DNA from: the human T2T-CHM13v2.0 reference genome, Homo sapiens
DNA: 64,000 nucleotides
Strand: one strand, 5' to 3'
Assembly: GCF_009914755.1 (NCBI RefSeq)
Contig: NC_060926.1
Numbering within the stretch: the first letter of the stretch is position 1; every line of letters starts with the position of its first letter. The position numbers were made by a program, and so were the translations under genes. This document shows positions 1-12,890 of the stretch, piece after piece. Under the pieces are notes generated by a model. The model did not search any database. It was not told the origin of the DNA and was given only the letters and a program-made list of their open reading frames with translations.

Positions 1-2233
1 GGCATATTTTCAATTTTATTAGAAAATAAAAGGTGCTTTACTTAGTTCTTGCTTTGGTATCCTGTAGAATAGACTCATATATCATCAACATTTCACTTTC
101 AGCTGGCATTTATTGAGTGCCACAGTGAAGCCCTAGACTAGGTCTCTACTTAGTGTATCCCTTAAGCATAACAGATTAAGTTAAAACTGCTGAAATAGCT
201 TCCCAAAAGATTAAGTTCACATCCTGCTTTAACCAGGTGCAACATTATCTAATCTGTGATGTAAATACACAGGAATTACTCTATGCTACTAACCAAATTT
301 TGGCAATTTATAAAAGACAACATTTCTACATTATAATGTCTTTGAAATCTATAGCATAACACAATAAACCAAGGAATTCAGAGGTCTCACTTTATTTTCA
401 GAGAAGGCCAAATAGCTACGTGATAATGATGCCATTCACGATTCCTAGAACTGAAAGAAAGTTCCAATGAGAGCCGAAATGGCTCAACTGCTAGGGCTCA
501 GACATCCTTGAAGTATATCCCCTGGGTAATCAGACTTGGTTTCTTGGGACTTTCTAAGACTTGATCTGATTTTTTGCCATAACTACCCAGAATAGGTAAT
601 GAACACAGTCCCACAGTAATATTTATTTGCACCAAATGCCATAGTCATTCAGAATCTGTTTAGGATGTCCAAGAATTTAGACATAGCCTATATCTTCATT
701 ATAGGGTTATTATAAATCTTATATTAAAGATCTAAGTCAACCTGAGGCCAGGGCCAAGAATTTGTGAAAGAAATGCTATGCAGAGCTTAGAAGGAGATGT
801 CCTTTTATTTGGACTCTAAATTTTCAAAGTATTGAGACTTTCAAAGACAAAAGCCAAGACAACTCACTTCCTAAATACAATGGTCTGGGACATTTTTAGA
901 GTATAGACTCCATAGCCAGGGTAGGAGTACCTGCAACCAGTAATAAGCGAGGTAAGAACAGTTTAAAAGGACTAAGAAAACCACTTGGAGCCATGTTGGC
1001 TTTGCAAGAGATAAGGCTCAGCTAATACCCAAGTTGCTCTTAAGCCAGAGTCAAGCTGCAGAGACTAATAATTCTCTTTCTTCCTTAGGATCCATGGTGT
1101 GATCCCATGTCTACCGGGGTTCAATTATAATAGTTGCAGATTAGGATTGAAGAGATATGTCTTTCTTTACGTTCTTTAACTGATCTCATCTTAATAAAAC
1201 TACTCCCTCTAATGATGAAAAATGCTTGAGCTTGCTGATCAAAGTTACGTGTTTTTACAATGAAAAATTTAGGGTTTTTTTAAATGAAAACTGTATGATT
1301 CCACCCATATGAAGTATGTAAAGTGTCCCTCCACCCCCATGTTGCTTTTAAGATAAATTTGGAGCAGAGAAGCTTTGGCATTGCAGAAGAATGATGTGGC
1401 CCTCACAGGTTTCATATTGAGATGGTTTGTTTTGCTTAATTTTAAGGGCAGTATATTCTTGTCTTGATGCATCTGCTTTAATTTAGCTGGGCTCCCTGTT
1501 GACTGAGTGTCCTACAGGGGTAGCCACTGAAATATTGCTGGCTTCACCTAATTTTTGGAAGCATTGTGCTGGCACCTGCTGTTGATGACCATGCTATTGC
1601 CCCTAGTTATGAGATCCCTGTACCTTGTCATCCACATCTAAACTTAGCAGCCAGTCCAGCAGCCTGTTCAACAAGCTGCACCCTCTTGGATACCTGGTGG
1701 TTCTTAGATACTTTCTTAGAAACCATCTGGAGAGGTCAGGATCTAGTGTAGATGCCCTTAGTCTAGGCATTCTCATCATTGCTACTCAATCACTCTGGCA
1801 CCATATTAGATATAAGACTATGTCTAGCAGAGGAATTCTCGTAGAGCTTTCTGACTCTCCACATTACACTAGAATCAGGGCACCATCCTCAATAATCTTT
1901 GATTTGCTCAGAGTTGTTTGGGTTTTCTTCTCTAACTCTCTCCCTCAGCCAAGTTTGATCCCCCAAAAGGGAGCAAGGACACCTTATAACATTTTTCACT
2001 TTCTCGCTCCCTCTCACTTTCTCCAACCCAGGAAAAAAAATTGATATTATATCCCAATATACTAGGTGGTGCTTTTTCTCCTTTTCCAGGGGAAACAAGC
2101 CTTAGCCCCGTGGCTTACCCTTAATGACCAAAAGTCTACCAGGAGAGGAGGGGGAAGAATTGCCAAAAAGAAAAACATTGTGTGGCAAATATTTTACAGG
2201 AATCTTCTACTTTGCCTGGGCTTATTTGTAGAG

Positions 2234-2439
2234 TCCTCCCTCTTTCTTTCTTTCTTTCTTCTTCTTCTTCTTCTTCTTCTTCTTCTTCTTCTTCTTCTTC
2301 TTCTTCTTCTTCTTCTTCTTCTTCTTCTTCTTTCTTCTTCTTCTTCCTTTCTTTCTTCTCTTCTTCTTCCTCTTCCTCTTCCTCTTCTTCCTCTTCTTCC
2401 TCTTCTTCCTCTTCTTCCTCTTCTTCCTCTTCTTTTTTT
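2234..2439. repeat. Compound (CTTT)n-(CTT)25-(CTTCTTCCT)n polypyrimidine microsatellite at an Alu tail
   Basis: 206 nt with only C/T on the plus strand; uninterrupted CTT from 2258 to 2332. Confidence 0.97.
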
Positions 2440-2738
2440 GTTTGTTTTTTGAGACAGAGTCTTGCTCTGTCCCCCAGGCTGGAGTGCAGTGGTGTGATCT
2501 CCATCTCAGCTCACTGCAACCTCTACCTCCCAGGTTCAAGCGATTCTCCTGCCTCAGCCTCCTGAGTAGCTGGGATTACAGGTGCGTGCCATCATGCACA
2601 GCTCATTTTTGTATTTTTAGTAGAGATGGAGTTTTGCCATGTTGGCCAGGTCGGTCTCAAACTCCTGACCTCAGGTGATCCACTGGCCTCGGCCTCCCAA
2701 AATGCTGGGATTACAGGCGTGAGCCACTGCGCCCAGCC
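2433..2738 (-). mobile_element. Alu (AluS-type)
   Basis: Dimeric Alu reverse complement (gagacagagtcttgctctg...gcgcccagcc). Confidence 0.97.
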
Positions 2739-2884
2739 TCATTCTATCTTCCACATGCTTCAAATACATTCTTTTACCACCATTGCTACTGCCCCAGTAG
2801 TGGAAAACTGTAAATTTCTGAAGTCAAACTACTTACATTTGAAACTTGGTTCACATTAGCTATGTGAATTGAATGAAGTTTCTT

Positions 2885-5800
2885 TTTTTTAACTTTTAAG
2901 TTTGGAGGTGCATGTAAAGGTTTGTTACATAGGTAAACGTGTGCCACAGGGGGTTGTTGTACATATTATTTACCACCCAGATATTAGGCCCAGTACCCAA
3001 CAGTTACCTTTTCTGCTTGTCTCCCTCCTCCCACCCTCTCCCCTCAAGTAGACCCCGGTGTCTGTTGTTTCCTTCTTTGTCTTCATAAGTTCTTATCATT
3101 TAGCTCCCACTTTAAAGTGAGAACATGTGGTATTTGCTTTTCTGTTCCTGTGTTAGTCTACTAAGGATAACAGCCTCCAGCTCCATCCATGTTCCTGCAA
3201 AAGACATGATCTCGTTCTTTTTTATGGTCACATAGTATTCCATGGTATATATGTAACCACATTTTCTTTATTCAATCTGTTATTGATGGGCATTTAGGTT
3301 AATTCTGTGTTTTTGCTATTGTGAATACTGCTGCAATGAACATTTGCATGCATGTATCTTTATGGTAGAATGGTTTACATACATCTGGGTATATACCCAG
3401 TAATGGGATTGCTGGCTCAAATGGTAGTTGTGCTTTTAGCTCTTTGAGGAATTGCCATACTGCTTTCCACAATGGTTGAACTAATTTACACTCCCACCAA
3501 CGGCGTATAAGTGTTCCTTTTTCTCCACAACCTTGCCAGCATCTGTTATTTGAATTTTTAGTAATGGCTATTCTTACTGGTGTGAAATGGTATCTCACTG
3601 TGGCTTTGGTTTGCGTTTCTCTAATGATCAGTGATATTGAGCTTTTTTTCATATGCTTGTGGGCTGCATATATGTCTTCTTTGGAGAAGTATCTGTTCAT
3701 GCTCTTTGCCCACTTTTTAATGGGGTTGTTTTTCTGTTGTAAATTTGTTTAAGTTCCTAATACATGCTGGATATTAGACTTTTGTCAGAAGCAGAGTTTG
3801 CAAATATTTTCTCCCATTCTGTAGATTGTCTGTTTACTTTGTTGGTAGTTTCTTTTGCTGTGCAGAAGCTTTTAAGTTTAATTAGATCCCACTTGTCAAT
3901 TTTTGCTTTGATTGCAATTGCTTTTGGTGAAAATCTTTGCCATGAAATCTTTGCCTATTCTTATGTCCAGGATGGTATTGTCTAGTTTGTCTTCCAGGGT
4001 TTTTATAGTTTTGGGTTTTACATTTAAGTCTTTAATCCATTTTGTATTGATTTTTGTATATGGTTTAAGGAAGGGGTTCAGCTTCAATCTTCTGCATATG
4101 GCTAGCCAGTTATTCCAGCACCATTTGTTAAATAGAGAGTCTTTTCCCCATTGCTTGTTTTTGTCAGCTTTGTTGAAGATCAGATGGCTGTAGATGTTGG
4201 CCTTATTTCTGGGCTCTCTATTCTGTTCCATTTGTCTATGCGTCTGTCTTTGAACCAGTACCATGCTGTTTTGGTTACTGTAGCACTATAATATATAGTT
4301 TAAAGTCAGGTAAAGTGATGCCTCCCATTTTGTTCTTTTTGCTTAGGATCGCCTTGGCTATTCGGTCTCTTTTTGGGTTCCATATGAATTAAAAATTATT
4401 TTTTCTAGTTCTGTGAAGAATGTCATTCGTAGTTCGATGGAAGTAGCATTGAATTTGTAAATAGCTTTTGGCAGTATAGCTATTTTAATGATATTGATCC
4501 TTCCTACCCATGAGCATGGGATTTTTTTAAATTTGTTTGTGTCTTCTCTGATTTCATCTGTGTTTTGTAATTCTCATTGTAGAGCCCTTTCTTCTTTCTG
4601 GTTAGCTGTATTCCTAGGTATTTTATTCTTTTGTGGCAATTGGGACTGGGATTGCCTTTCTGATTTGGCTCTCAGTTTGGCTGTTGTTGGTGTATAGGAA
4701 TGCTAGTGATTTTTGTACATCAATTTTGCATCCTGAAAATTTGTTGAAGTTGTTTATCAGCTGGAGGAGCTTTTGGGCCAAGACTATGAGATTTTCTAGA
4801 TATAGAATTATGTCATCTGCAAACAGTGATAGTTTGATGTCTTTTCTTCCTATTTGAATACTCTTTGTTTCTTTCTCTTGCGTGATTGCTCTGGCTAGGA
4901 CTTTCAATACTATGTTGAATAGGAGTGGTGAGAGAGGGCATCCTTGTTTTGTGCCAGTTTTCAAGGGGAATGCTTCCAGCTTTTGCCTATTCAGTATGTT
5001 GGCTGTGGTTTTGTCATAGATGGCTCTTATTATTTTGAGGTATGTTCCTTCAATACCTAATTTATTGAGAGTTTTTATGTTGAAAGGATGCTGAATTTTA
5101 TTGAAAGCCTGTTTTGCATCTATTGAGATTAATCATGTGGTTTTTGTCTTTAGTTCTGTTTATGTGATGAATCACATTTGTTGATTTGCATACATTAAAC
5201 AAACCTTGTATCCTGAGGATAAAGCCTACTTGATCATGGTGGATTAGCTATTTGATGTGCTGCTGGATTTGGTTTGCAAGTATTTTTTTTAAGGATTTTT
5301 GTATCAGTGTTCATCAAAGATATTGGCCTGAAGCTTTCTTTTTTTATTGTGTCTCTGCCAGGTTTTGGTATCAGGGTGATGCTGGCCTCATAGAATGAGT
5401 TGAGAAGGAGTCCCTCCTCCTCAGTTTTTTGGAAGAGCTTCTTTAGAAATGGTACCAGCTCTTCTTTGTACATCTGGTAGAATTTGGCTGTGAATCCATT
5501 AGGTCCCAGGCTTTTTTTATTTGGTAGGCTATTTATTACTGATTCAATTTTTGAGCTTGCTATTGGTCTGTTCAGGGAATCAGTTACTTCATGGCTCAGT
5601 GTTGGGAGGATATGTGTGTCCAGGAATTTATCTATCTCTTCTAGGTTTTCTAGTTTGTGTGCATAGAAGTATTTGTAGTAGTTTCTGATGGTTGTTTTTG
5701 TTTCTGTGGGGCCGGTGGTAACATTCCCTTCATCATTTCCAGTTGTGTTTATTTGGATCTTCTCTCTTCTTTATTAGTCTAGCTAATGGTGTATTTTATT

Positions 5801-8800
5801 AATTTTTTTTTTCAAAAAAACAACTCCTGGATTTGTTGATCTTTTGAGTGGTTTTCTGTGTCTTGATTTACTTCAGTTCAGCTCTGATTTTTGTTATTTC
5901 TCGTCTTCTGCTAGCTTTGGGATTGATTTGTTCCTGCTTCTCTAATTCTTTCAGTTGTGAAGTTAGGTTGTTAATTTGAGACCTTTCTTACTTTTTGATG
6001 TGGGCTTTTAGTGCTATGAATTTGAATAATGCATAGAATATAACAAGTGCTCAATTAATAGTGGCTATTAACATTAAGACCTTTATCACTTCTGTCCTAG
6101 ACGAGTCATTTGTTTGTGTGGTTGCTTTACACACTGGTCTGTGTATGACACTGGTCTGCATGTATAAGTGTGTTAAGGTATTAGCTGGCAGTGATCTTTC
6201 TTTTCTATATTTATGCTTCTTTCAAAATTTCTTGCAAGGCAGGTCTGGTGGTAATGAAGTCCCTCAACATTTGCTTCTGTGAAAATGATGTTATTTCTCC
6301 TTCACTTAAGAAGTTTAGTTTGGCTGGATATGAAATTTGTGGTTGAAGATTTTTTCTTTAAGAATGTTGAATATAGACCCCCAATCTCATCTGGCTTTTA
6401 GGGTTTCAGCTGAGAGGTCAGCTGTTAGCTTGATCAGGTTCCCTTTGTAGGTGACCTGCCCTTTCTCTCTAGCTGCCTTTAACATTCTTTCTTTCATTTT
6501 GACCTTGGAAAATCTGATGATTATGTGTCTTGGGGGTGATCTTCTTGTGTAGTATCCTGCAGGAGTTCTCTGTATTTTCTGAATTTGATCGTTGGCCTCT
6601 TTAGCAAGGTTGTGGAAGTTTTCATGGACAATATCCTGAAATATGTTTTCCAAGTTGTTTGCTTTCTCCCCCTCCCTTTCTGGGATACCAGTGATTCATA
6701 GATTTGGCCCCTTTACATAATGCCATACTTCTAGAGATTTTGTTCATTCCTTTTTATTCTTTTTTCTTTATTTTTGGCTGTCTGATTTCAGAGAACCAGT
6801 CTTCAGGTTGTGAGAGTCTTCCTTCAGCTTGATTTATTCTGCTGTTAATACTTGTGACTACATTGTGAAAATCTTATATTGTGTTATTCAGCTCTGTCAG
6901 AACCGTTAGGTTCTTTTTTATCTTGGCTATTTCATCCTTCAGCTCCTGTATTGCTTCATTGTGATTCATATTTTCCTGGGATTGGGTTTTGCCATCCTCT
7001 TAAATCTCAGTGATCTTTTTTCCTATCCATGTTCTGAATTCTATTTCTGTCATGCCAGCCAGTTCAGTCTGGTTAAGAACTCTTGTTGGAGAACTGGTGC
7101 AGTCGTTTGGAGGATGTACAACACTCTGTCCATTTGAGTTACCGGAGATCTTATGTTGGTTCTTTCTCCTCACTGTGTGTGGGTGTTCCTTTAAGTGCAG
7201 TGTACATTGAGTACAGTCAATAGACTTCTTTTCTGGGTGTTTTCACCAAACCAAGGCTTTGTGCAGGATCTTTATGTGAAGCTGACTTCTTGTCTCTGGT
7301 TTCAGAAGGGAATATGTTAGTGAGGTATTTTTGGTGTTAAAACTTTAGGGTGTGATTTAGCAGGTGGCACTTAGGTTTCTCAGTCAGTTGGTAGACTCCT
7401 GCTTACTTGTGTGGCTCCCCTGTGTTTCCTCACAGTTGCAGCTGTGTTCCCTCTCAATGCTTTGAAAGTGTGGGTTCCTTTCCCCCTTGAGTGCTGACTG
7501 TAGATTATGACTTGGCACTCCTGAGCTGCCCACTGTAGTTCTGGGGTGATCTCAGTGTTTATGTTCCTTCCCCAGCTTGGAGGCAGAGAGGAAGGAATCT
7601 TAGTAGTGTTGTGGCTGAGGGTCATTTGCTTGTCTCCTGTGGTCTCCAACCCAGAGAGATACAGGTCAGCAATTGCTCAGTGCAATCAGCCCAGAATGGA
7701 GTGTCTTTGTGCTGTGGACCCCAGCCAGGAGTTTACTGCCTGGTGATGAGCAGTGTGGGGCCCATGGGAAATAGACTGGAGTCTCCTTGGGTTAACTGCA
7801 GCTTGTTTGAGGTGTGGATAAGACACTTTGGGTCTTTGCTCCTTCGTTAGTCCAAGGGTGTCAAGGGCAGTTCTACTGCAGAGGCAGTAGCAAAGAGGCT
7901 TTTAGTTGCCCTGAGAGGCTCTGTCCAGGGAGTTGCCAAGCTGCTACTGGCTCGATAGCTCTGGTGGGGGGTGACTGGAGGCCCAGACCTGGAGGACCTA
8001 CCTGGTGAGGAGATACTAGAATGGGCACCCATGTAACAGGCTGGTCACTTTTCTGTTAGGCTGCTGCAGTATGCTTGGGGCCTAGTTGCCTAGGCCAGTC
8101 CCTAGTTGCCTCATATTTTCCAGTACCTGGAGATATTACCAGGGAAGGCTGTGAAACAGCAAAGATGGCAGCTTTGTCCCTTTTTCTGGGAGCTTTGTCC
8201 CAGGGAGGTACAGGTCTGTTGCCGGCCCAAAGGCACCTGTAGGAGGTCACTGGAGACCCTGGTTGGTAGGTCTCACCCAATGAGGAGGAATGGGATCCAG
8301 GACCCTCTTACAAAAGCAGTCAGGTCACATTTGGTAGAGCAGCTGTGCTGCACTGGGGTTCCACTTCAGCCCCCAGTTGCTTCAGGCACTCCGAAGCCTG
8401 AAGGCTGGAATGTCTAAGTCACTCAAACAGCAAACATGGTGGCCCTCCCCTCCCTCTAAGAGTGCTGTCCCAAAAAGATTACAAATCTCTATCAGCCAGA
8501 GGACACTGGCAGGGGTGGCTGGAGGCCCCTTTTGGGAGGTCCCACCCAGTGAGGAGGAATGGGATCTGGACCCGCTTAAAGAAACAGTCTGGCCACATTT
8601 TGGTGGAGCAGCTGTGCTGTGCTGGAGGATCCCTTCTATCCCTGGTCAGCTTGGACTCTCCAAAGCCCAAAGGCTGGATCAGCTAAGTCACCCAAACAGC
8701 AAAGATGGAGTCCTACCCCTCCCTCTGGAAGCACCGTCCCAGGGGGATTTCAAATTTCTGTCAGCTGGAGAACATGGTTGAGGCACGGCTGAAGGCCCTG

Positions 8801-9613
8801 GCTGAGAGGTCCTGCCCAGCGAGGAGGAATGGGATTGGGCACCCACTGAAAGCAGCAGTTTGGCCATGTTTTGGTAGAGCAGCTGTGTTGTGTTGGGGGA
8901 TCCCTTTCCCCCTGGCCCATACTCTCCAAATCCTGAAGGCTGGAATGGCTAAGGCACCCAAACAGCAAAGATGGGAAGCCCACCCCTAACTCCAAGAGCG
9001 CCTTCTAAGGGAGGCGCAATGCTCCTACCAGTGGCTGGGTGGAATTTCCAAGCCAGTGGGTCTTATCTTGTGAGGTGCCATGGAAGTGGGGCCTGCAGGC
9101 TGTCGCTGCTCAGCAGCCTCAATTGAGCCTCTTTCCTAGTAGTATGTACGGGGGTCTAAACTCCCACTTTGCCAGAGCTGCAGCTACTTTTGTCAGAAAG
9201 CCTGAGTATCTAAGGCTCCAGGGTCTCCATGCTTGCCTGAACAGCTGCTCTGCCAAGACTCCACATAGCCGTGTCTGTCAGACTGAAGGCCCTGGTGGAG
9301 TGGGTTCACAAGATCTCCTGAGCTGGGGGTTGCAAAGATCCGTGGGAGAAGCATGATTTCCCAGGGTCGCACATTCACTCACTGCTTCCCTTGGTGGGGG
9401 AAGTTCCCTGGCTCTGTGTTGTTCCCGGGTGGCCGATTGTCCTGTCTTGCTTTTCTTCATTCTCCATGGGTCAAGTTGTTTCCTTGATTAGTCCCAGCGT
9501 GAGTACCTGGATGTTTCAGTTGAGGTGCTGTATTTACTTGCTCCTTCTGTTCCCCTCCAGGAGAGTCATGCACCTTAGCTGCTTCTAGTCAGCCATCTTG
9601 GCCACTCCCATTC
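2885..9613 (-). mobile_element. Near full-length older primate LINE-1 (about L1PA11-13), decayed, with internal deletion of the ORF2 N-terminus
   Basis: L1 3'UTR at 2890-3300; ORF2 fragments ([32 protein letters not shown]...[11 protein letters not shown]); ORF1 fragment (PRHIIIRFSKV..KERMLKAAREK); YY1 site CAAGATGGC at about 9600; TSD TGAAGTTTCTT at 2874-2884 and 9614-9624. Confidence 0.95.
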
Positions 9614-9624
9614 TGAAGTTTCTT

Positions 9625-9760
9625 AGTTCTCTGTGATTTGTTTTTTTTTTACCTATAAAATACGTATAATAATAGTCTTACCTCTGCAGATAAGATGATC
9701 TAGAAAACACTTTGAACAATGCATGGAATATAACAAGTGCTCAACTAATGGTGGCTATTA
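9625..9760 (+). mobile_element. MIR remnant; its left half is at about 2815-2880, split by the L1
   Basis: Resembles the MIR core and tail (acctataaaa...ataatagtcttacctc...aagtgctcaactaatg), continuing from tagctatgtga before the left TSD. Confidence 0.6.
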
Positions 9761-9854
9761 ACATTCAGACCTTTATCACTTCTCCCCTTGACTAGTCATT
9801 TCTAATTGAATTCATTTGTCCCCATTCCCACCCCTAGTCTCTTTCATTTATACT

Positions 9855-10345
9855 AGTATATAGAATTCAGAGGATCTGAGAATTGGATGGGAAAAAATAC
9901 ATCTTTATTTTGACTTACATTTAACTGAAATTTGACATCTTTCCATTCTAGAAGTCTGATGCTCAGTGCGTCAGAGGCACCAGCATCTTTCCATTCTAAA
10001 TATAGACTTGAAATGAGAGGATTATTCATAATATCTGTGACCATGTCACTAACAAAAATCACAAGTATCTAATATCAAATTGCAGTTGTTGCAGGTATCT
10101 CATTTATGCTTATCACTACTTTTAAGTTATGATAGTACTTTCTACTAGGCGGTGTTATTTATTTTATTAATAACTTTTTGTGCTGTCAGCTTCTATTATA
10201 TCCCACATTAAAAATATTTTTATAAGTTATAGTTAATATGATTGGTTTCTTTTCTAAAACAATGAATTTAAACCATTATTCTGAGAAGTGATATATAGGC
10301 TTCACCAGATTTTAAAAGGGACTTTTACACACACAGAAAAAAAGG
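9855..10345. mobile_element. hAT-Charlie-like DNA transposon remnant
   Basis: Resemblance to MER/Charlie consensus segments (ttggatgggaaaaaatacatctttatttt; aaaccattattctgagaag...ggcttcaccaga). Confidence 0.4.
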
Positions 10346-11554
10346 GCAACACACCTTATTTAAAGTGAGTTTTTTAAGAAAAATTACACATAACCATATT
10401 ACTCCCTCCTTAACATGTTTCACTGGCTCCCTTCACTGACAGTATCAAGTACAAACTCCTCAGGGAGACATACAAGGACATACAAGCGGTGTCCATCCAC
10501 CCCTAAAGGCTCATTCCTTCTCACTCACTGCCCAAGACCCTATCTTTCCAGCCATTCTGAACTTCTCACAGGACCTGGAAGACACCCTGCTCTTCCATGC
10601 CTGCATTCATGTGTGTGTGTGTTTGTTGCTTTGGTTTTGGAATGCCCTTCTTCCTTCTTCTTTCCCATTTATTCCTTCTTACTTATCCATCAAACTTTTC
10701 TTCATCATTAAAGACATTGCTAACAGACGTCTCCTCCTCTTTAAGTCGTTGTGAACTCCCAGTCCAGCGGAGGTGACTTTCCTCACTTCTCCCGCAGCAC
10801 CTTGTGTAAGGATCCACATAGTTGTCAGGACAAGTGTCAACTGGGTACTATTTGTCACATTTTATGAGGCTTTACTTTTACTGTTTACTTTTCTGCTCTC
10901 ATTAGACTGTGTTTCCTTGAGAGAAGATTATGATTTATTCCTCTCCCCTTCTCTCTCCATAGTTCCCGCAGTAGTACAAGTCTTGAACTCAATGAATGGG
11001 TGAAGTCTGATAGAACACAAGTATGAATAGAATTGATATGTTACTTCAGAGGGAAAGTACCAGAGATATTCTGAATTGTTCTTGTGCCCTCCTTTTCTGG
11101 GAACAGTGGAAGAAAATGTTATTCCTTTGAGAGGCTGAATGACATACCGGGTGAGACTAGTCAACTAATGTAATGATAGGAGAAGTTTTGTGTCTTTTGG
11201 GGGAAAGGATGTGTAAATTTTTTCCTCTGCAGTCATGGAAGAAAGGTATCTTGGCTTCAGTAGAGGTGAGGGATGCTGTCCTAGAAGGACTATGTTGTTG
11301 TGAGCTAAATGTCCGACACCTGCATTTAAGGGGGTTAAAATATAATGATAGTAGACTCTTCAAAACTTTGATGAAATAAATGGATGAATATGGGTAGGGT
11401 TGCAACTAGTTATTTCTGACCAGACAGAAACATCAATCATCATACTGTTTTCGCATTTATCTGATTTGATTATGGTTAGATTTCAAGGAGGTTCTTGATT
11501 TTACTCTAGGCATCCTGTGCTATTACTAAATTCTATGAAAATTATGTTTTAGAT

Positions 11555-12109
11555 CTAAGAATTAAGAAAGAAAAACTTTTTATCTGAGGAATGCAAGCTC
11601 CTTTTAATTTAGGCCCAGAGAGGCATAAACTATGACGGCATGTAACAGTAGTCACATCTCTCTTCCTCTTTGAGCTAAATAATTATCTCTTGAAGCCATT
11701 TGCTATGTAGGCTCTAGACTAACTGACACCAAGTAACCATAGAATGCCATGTGCTAGACACCATAACTCATACCCTATAGTTTAGTTCAATGATGTATAT
11801 CCAATCACTACTCAATGTTACTTCTATAAACCAGTGAGAATTCCTGTCAGACAACTTTGTATCAGCCCACTCCTTCCCTTTTGCCTTTAAAAACCTGCTA
11901 GTACCCATTAACCATCCCCCCACGTACAACTAGTATATATCCATAATAATTAAAAAGAAAACATTTTTTAAAAAACCTTCCTGTAACAAAGGCTGAGTGG
12001 AGTACTCCCCAAGGCAACTTGGAAGTGTGTTTAAGGCTGCAGTTCTCAACCCAGGCTCAAATAAATTGCCTATAATAATTTTGCCTCAGTTTCTTTCTTT
12101 AGGTCAACA
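11555..12109 (+). mobile_element. Solo ERV1 (MER4-group-like) LTR
   Basis: LTR architecture: CCAAT, tttaaaa box, AATAAA near 12060, ends ...ttaggtcaaCA. Confidence 0.6.
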
Positions 12110-12149
12110 GAATCCATGTGGTTATTAGGAGATGTCCATTGGGCATCAT

Positions 12150-12890
12150 TCTACATTTTATATCAGCAGGGAAAAAATAGCATTATAAATGGTAACAACT
12201 AAATAATCATGCTGAAGAAAAATAAATTGGATTCTTCCTTCACACTTATGACAAAATGGAGTTGAGATGAATTAAAGATTTTAAAAGTAAATAACTAAAT
12301 CATAAAAGTATTAAAATAAAATATAAGATGCATTTTGGAATATACTCCTCACATAGAGGAGTAGGCCTTTCTAAGTATTACCAAAAAAACTGGAAGCCAT
12401 AAATAAAGACTAAAGTATGTGACATCATACAAATATTTTTAAATTCTGCATTAAAAACGCAAGAAATCATAAAGTCAAAAGAGAAATAGAAATCTTGGAA
12501 TAAAGAGTTGCAGTTTTTGTCATGCATAAAGGGCTATCTTCTTAAATACATAGATTTCTTTAAAGAAATACCAACAACCTAATAGAAAAAAAAATGAGTG
12601 AAGGATAAAAGCAATTACTAGAAAAGGAAGTACAAGCAATCCTTACTTAAATAAGATTAATAACCTTACTTAAAATAAGAGAAATGCAATGAAACTCATG
12701 ATCTGATGCCATTTTTCACCTATCAGACTAGAAATATAAATGATGAGGGTATGGGAAAATAGGTAATCTCATACATTATAATAAAAATGTAAATTGGCAC
12801 AACTTCTACAGAGTGCAAATTGTATTGATTAAAATTAAATATAATCATATTCTTTGATTCTGCAAAGGAAATTTTTCACGAACCCACATG
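12150..12890 (+). mobile_element. Ancient L1M ORF2 3' remnant
   Basis: A-rich decayed L1-like sequence (gagaaatgcaa...tgccatttttcacctatcagact...gtaaattggcacaac). Confidence 0.6.

Noticed and set aside
600-2230. Possible degenerate ERV internal sequence and 139-aa ORF at 1625-2044
   Set aside because: No recognisable protein motif or termini; cannot be assigned without a search.
2066-2565. Poly-L, poly-E, poly-S and poly-K ORFs
   Set aside because: Translations of the CTT microsatellite and adjacent Alu.
7985-9060. Regularly spaced repeats suggesting a CRISPR-like array
   Set aside because: Whole units of about 270 bp are homologous, with no unique spacers; they lie in an L1 5'UTR in eukaryotic DNA with no cas genes.
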